A model generated the notes under the pieces. It ran no database searches, was not told the origin of the DNA, and worked only from the letters and a program-made list of their open reading frames with translations. 64,000 bases of DNA, taken from Octopus bimaculoides. Taxonomy: Eukaryota. The stretch is from positions 51,903,589 through 51,967,588 of the forward strand of contig NC_068991.1 of NCBI RefSeq assembly GCF_001194135.2, given 5' to 3'. Below, one piece after another: positions 61,982 through 64,000 of this stretch. The position numbers and the translations under genes are program-made. Each line of letters starts with the position of its first letter. The stretch's first letter is position 1.

Positions 61982-62125
61982 TGAACCGTGCTCGCTAATA
62001 CTTTGCCTTTCATCCTTTCTGGGTATATAAATTAAGGAACAGTTAAGCATTGGGGTCAATGTAATCGACTGCGCCCCCTCCAAAGAAACTGTCAGGCATT
62101 GTGTCTATAGAAGAAGGGATTATTA
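61982..62125 (+). mobile_element. SINE family A, 3' fragment
   Basis: tttgcctttcatccttt...gggtcaatgtaatcgact...ggcattgtgtctatagaagaagggattatt. Confidence 0.6.
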
Positions 62126-62267
62126 ATTTCTAGAATAATTGAAAACGAGTTTCGTAATTAGCATGCAAAACAACATCAAATCCACATTTGTTTTTGAATG
62201 ATCTGGCGTAAATTTTTAAATACTTCAAGTAGCTGGAAGAAATTTCCCAAGATCCATGTATATTCTT

Positions 62268-62432
62268 GACAGGCTTCTACACGATTTCCGTCAACCAAAT
62301 TCACTCACAAAGAAATTGTCGGTGCTGGGCTATAGTGGCAGTCCTTGGTCCAAGGTGCCGCGTATTGGAACTGAACTCCAAGTCATGTGGTTGCAAAGCG
62401 AGCTCCTTAACCACTCAGCCAAGCCTGCATCT
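62268..62432 (-). mobile_element. SINE family B, 5' half, diverged
   Basis: Reverse complement of the tRNA head and CORE-like region (ccaaggtgccgc...catgtggttg). Confidence 0.7.
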
Positions 62433-62478
62433 ATACACACACAAACACACGCATCCGCGCACGCACGCACGCACGCAC

Positions 62479-62515
<37 letters not shown>

Positions 62516-63314
62516 CGTGTTTGTTTTATTAGATATATGACCGTATGTGTTGCTACGAAAGTTCGATTCTCGGTTGAACTATTTCACTGCAAATATCCTG
62601 GTACTTATAATTTCCGGTCGCAGTAATTGCCTTGTAGGGGGGTGAGTTACACCTGGCTGACTTCCGACCGGCCGATACTTTATGGAAAGACGAAGATCTT
62701 CGCTGGTATCCCAGCACCCGACAATGACTTTTAAGAGACAATGGAAGAATATTCATGTGTAATAACAGGAAGTATATACACATATACGCACATACATGCA
62801 CACACACGCACACACACACACGCACACACATACACACGCATATATACACACACATACACGCACACACACATATATACATACATACATAGTTATAAACATT
62901 CATATATGTATACATAATATACGCACACGTATATACAGGTATATATATAATCACACATGTATAGGTATATAATATATATATAATCACACATATACAGGTA
63001 TGTGTATACATCCACATATATGCATATATATATATGCATTTATACACACACATATATACATACATTTATATGAGTGTGTGTGTGTGGGGGGGGGCGTCTG
63101 TGTGAATATTCAGAGGGCGACAGGGAGAAACAGACAGAGAAAACGGATTATATATAAATGTATCATCATCCGGAATATTTTCGACAGGTAGTAGTGATGT
63201 TAATGTCTCTGTCTGATCAACTTACCCTCCTTCTCTCACTCCATCGCTCTCACCAATTTCCTCCCCTCTCTTCCGGTGATTAGCCATATATTTAGTAACG
63301 TTAATAATAGTTAT

Positions 63315-63430
63315 CTTTTATCTTTTACTTGTTTCAATCATTGGAATGCGGCCATGCTTCAGCACCCCGTTGAAGGGTTTGCTCGAACAAATTTAAATCG
63401 ACTCCAGCGTTTGACTGGTACTATATTTTA
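63315..63430 (-). mobile_element. SINE family B-like 3' fragment
   Basis: ttttacttgtttcaatcattggaatgcggccatgct is the reverse complement of the family B terminus. Confidence 0.55.
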
Positions 63431-63534
63431 TGAAATAGAAATTTTACTAAGGTGGAGTTTGAGTTCAGAATATAATGAGCCGAAAGAAATACTGCAAAGC
63501 ATTTTCTTCGACGCTCCTGATTTCCCACTCCAAT

Positions 63535-63770
63535 AATGGTTTCAAATTTTGGCTTAAAGCCAGCAATTTTGGGAGAGGCGTAAATTGATTACATTGACCC
63601 CAGTGTTCAACTGCTATTTATGTCAGCGACCTTGAAAGGATGAAAAGCAAAGTCGACCCCGAAAGAATGAGAGGCAAAGTCGACCTCGGCGGAATTTGAA
63701 CTCAGAACGTAAAGATGAACGAAAGCATGTTGCCAGCGTGCTAACGATTCTGCCAGCTCCTCGCCTTATT
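63535..63770 (-). mobile_element. SINE family A with an internal ~30-bp duplication
   Basis: gaaaggatgaaaagcaaagtcgacccc is followed by gaaagaatgagaggcaaagtcgacctcggcgg. Confidence 0.8.
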
Positions 63771-63781
63771 ATCAATAAAGA

Positions 63782-63982
63782 TTTCACATTTTGGCACTAG
63801 GCTAAAAATTTCGGGGTAAGGGGCTAAATCGATTACATTGACCCGCTAGTACTTATCAATAGCAACCCCGAAAGAATGAAAGGCAAAGTCGACCTCGGCG
63901 GAATTTGAACTCAGAGCATAAAGACAAATGAAATACCGCTAAGCATTTTGCCCGGTGTGCTAACGATTCCGCCAGCTCGCCA
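63782..63982 (-). mobile_element. SINE family A
   Basis: aaagtcgacctcggcggaatttgaactcag...gattccgccagctcgcc. Confidence 0.85.
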
Positions 63983-64000
63983 CTCTGATTTCCCATTCTA

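Overview
Repeat-dense eukaryotic genomic DNA, AT-rich, with 14 N-gaps, most of them next to a microsatellite, as in a short-read draft scaffold. The SINE families and the density of (TA)n, (CA)n, (CATA)n and (ATT)n repeats suggest an Octopus genome; that is inferred from recognising the repeats, not from a search. I could not support any intact host protein-coding gene. The listed ORFs are either broken retrotransposon or transposon fragments, or artefacts of microsatellites and N-runs. Contents: about 30 SINE copies from 5 families; decayed LINEs (Penelope-like, RTE, Tx1-like and R4/Dong-type RLE); a Ty3/Gypsy 3' half; mariner and Helitron fragments; and several non-autonomous inverted-repeat elements. 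The most interesting observations are: (1) a nearly canonical minimal hammerhead ribozyme motif at 52008-52043; (2) two RLE retrotransposon families stacked head-to-tail inside microsatellites, one in (CATA)n and one in (TAA)n; (3) a 300-bp near-perfect palindrome inserted without a TSD into a Tx1 ORF, plus two unrelated long palindromes; (4) a SINE family whose TSDs begin with AATAT(T) or a near match in 7 copies; (5) a TIR family with 8-bp TSDs whose two copies carry different interiors, one of them nested in a palindrome; (6) a textbook 206-nt minus-strand intron hinting at an unannotated transcript.
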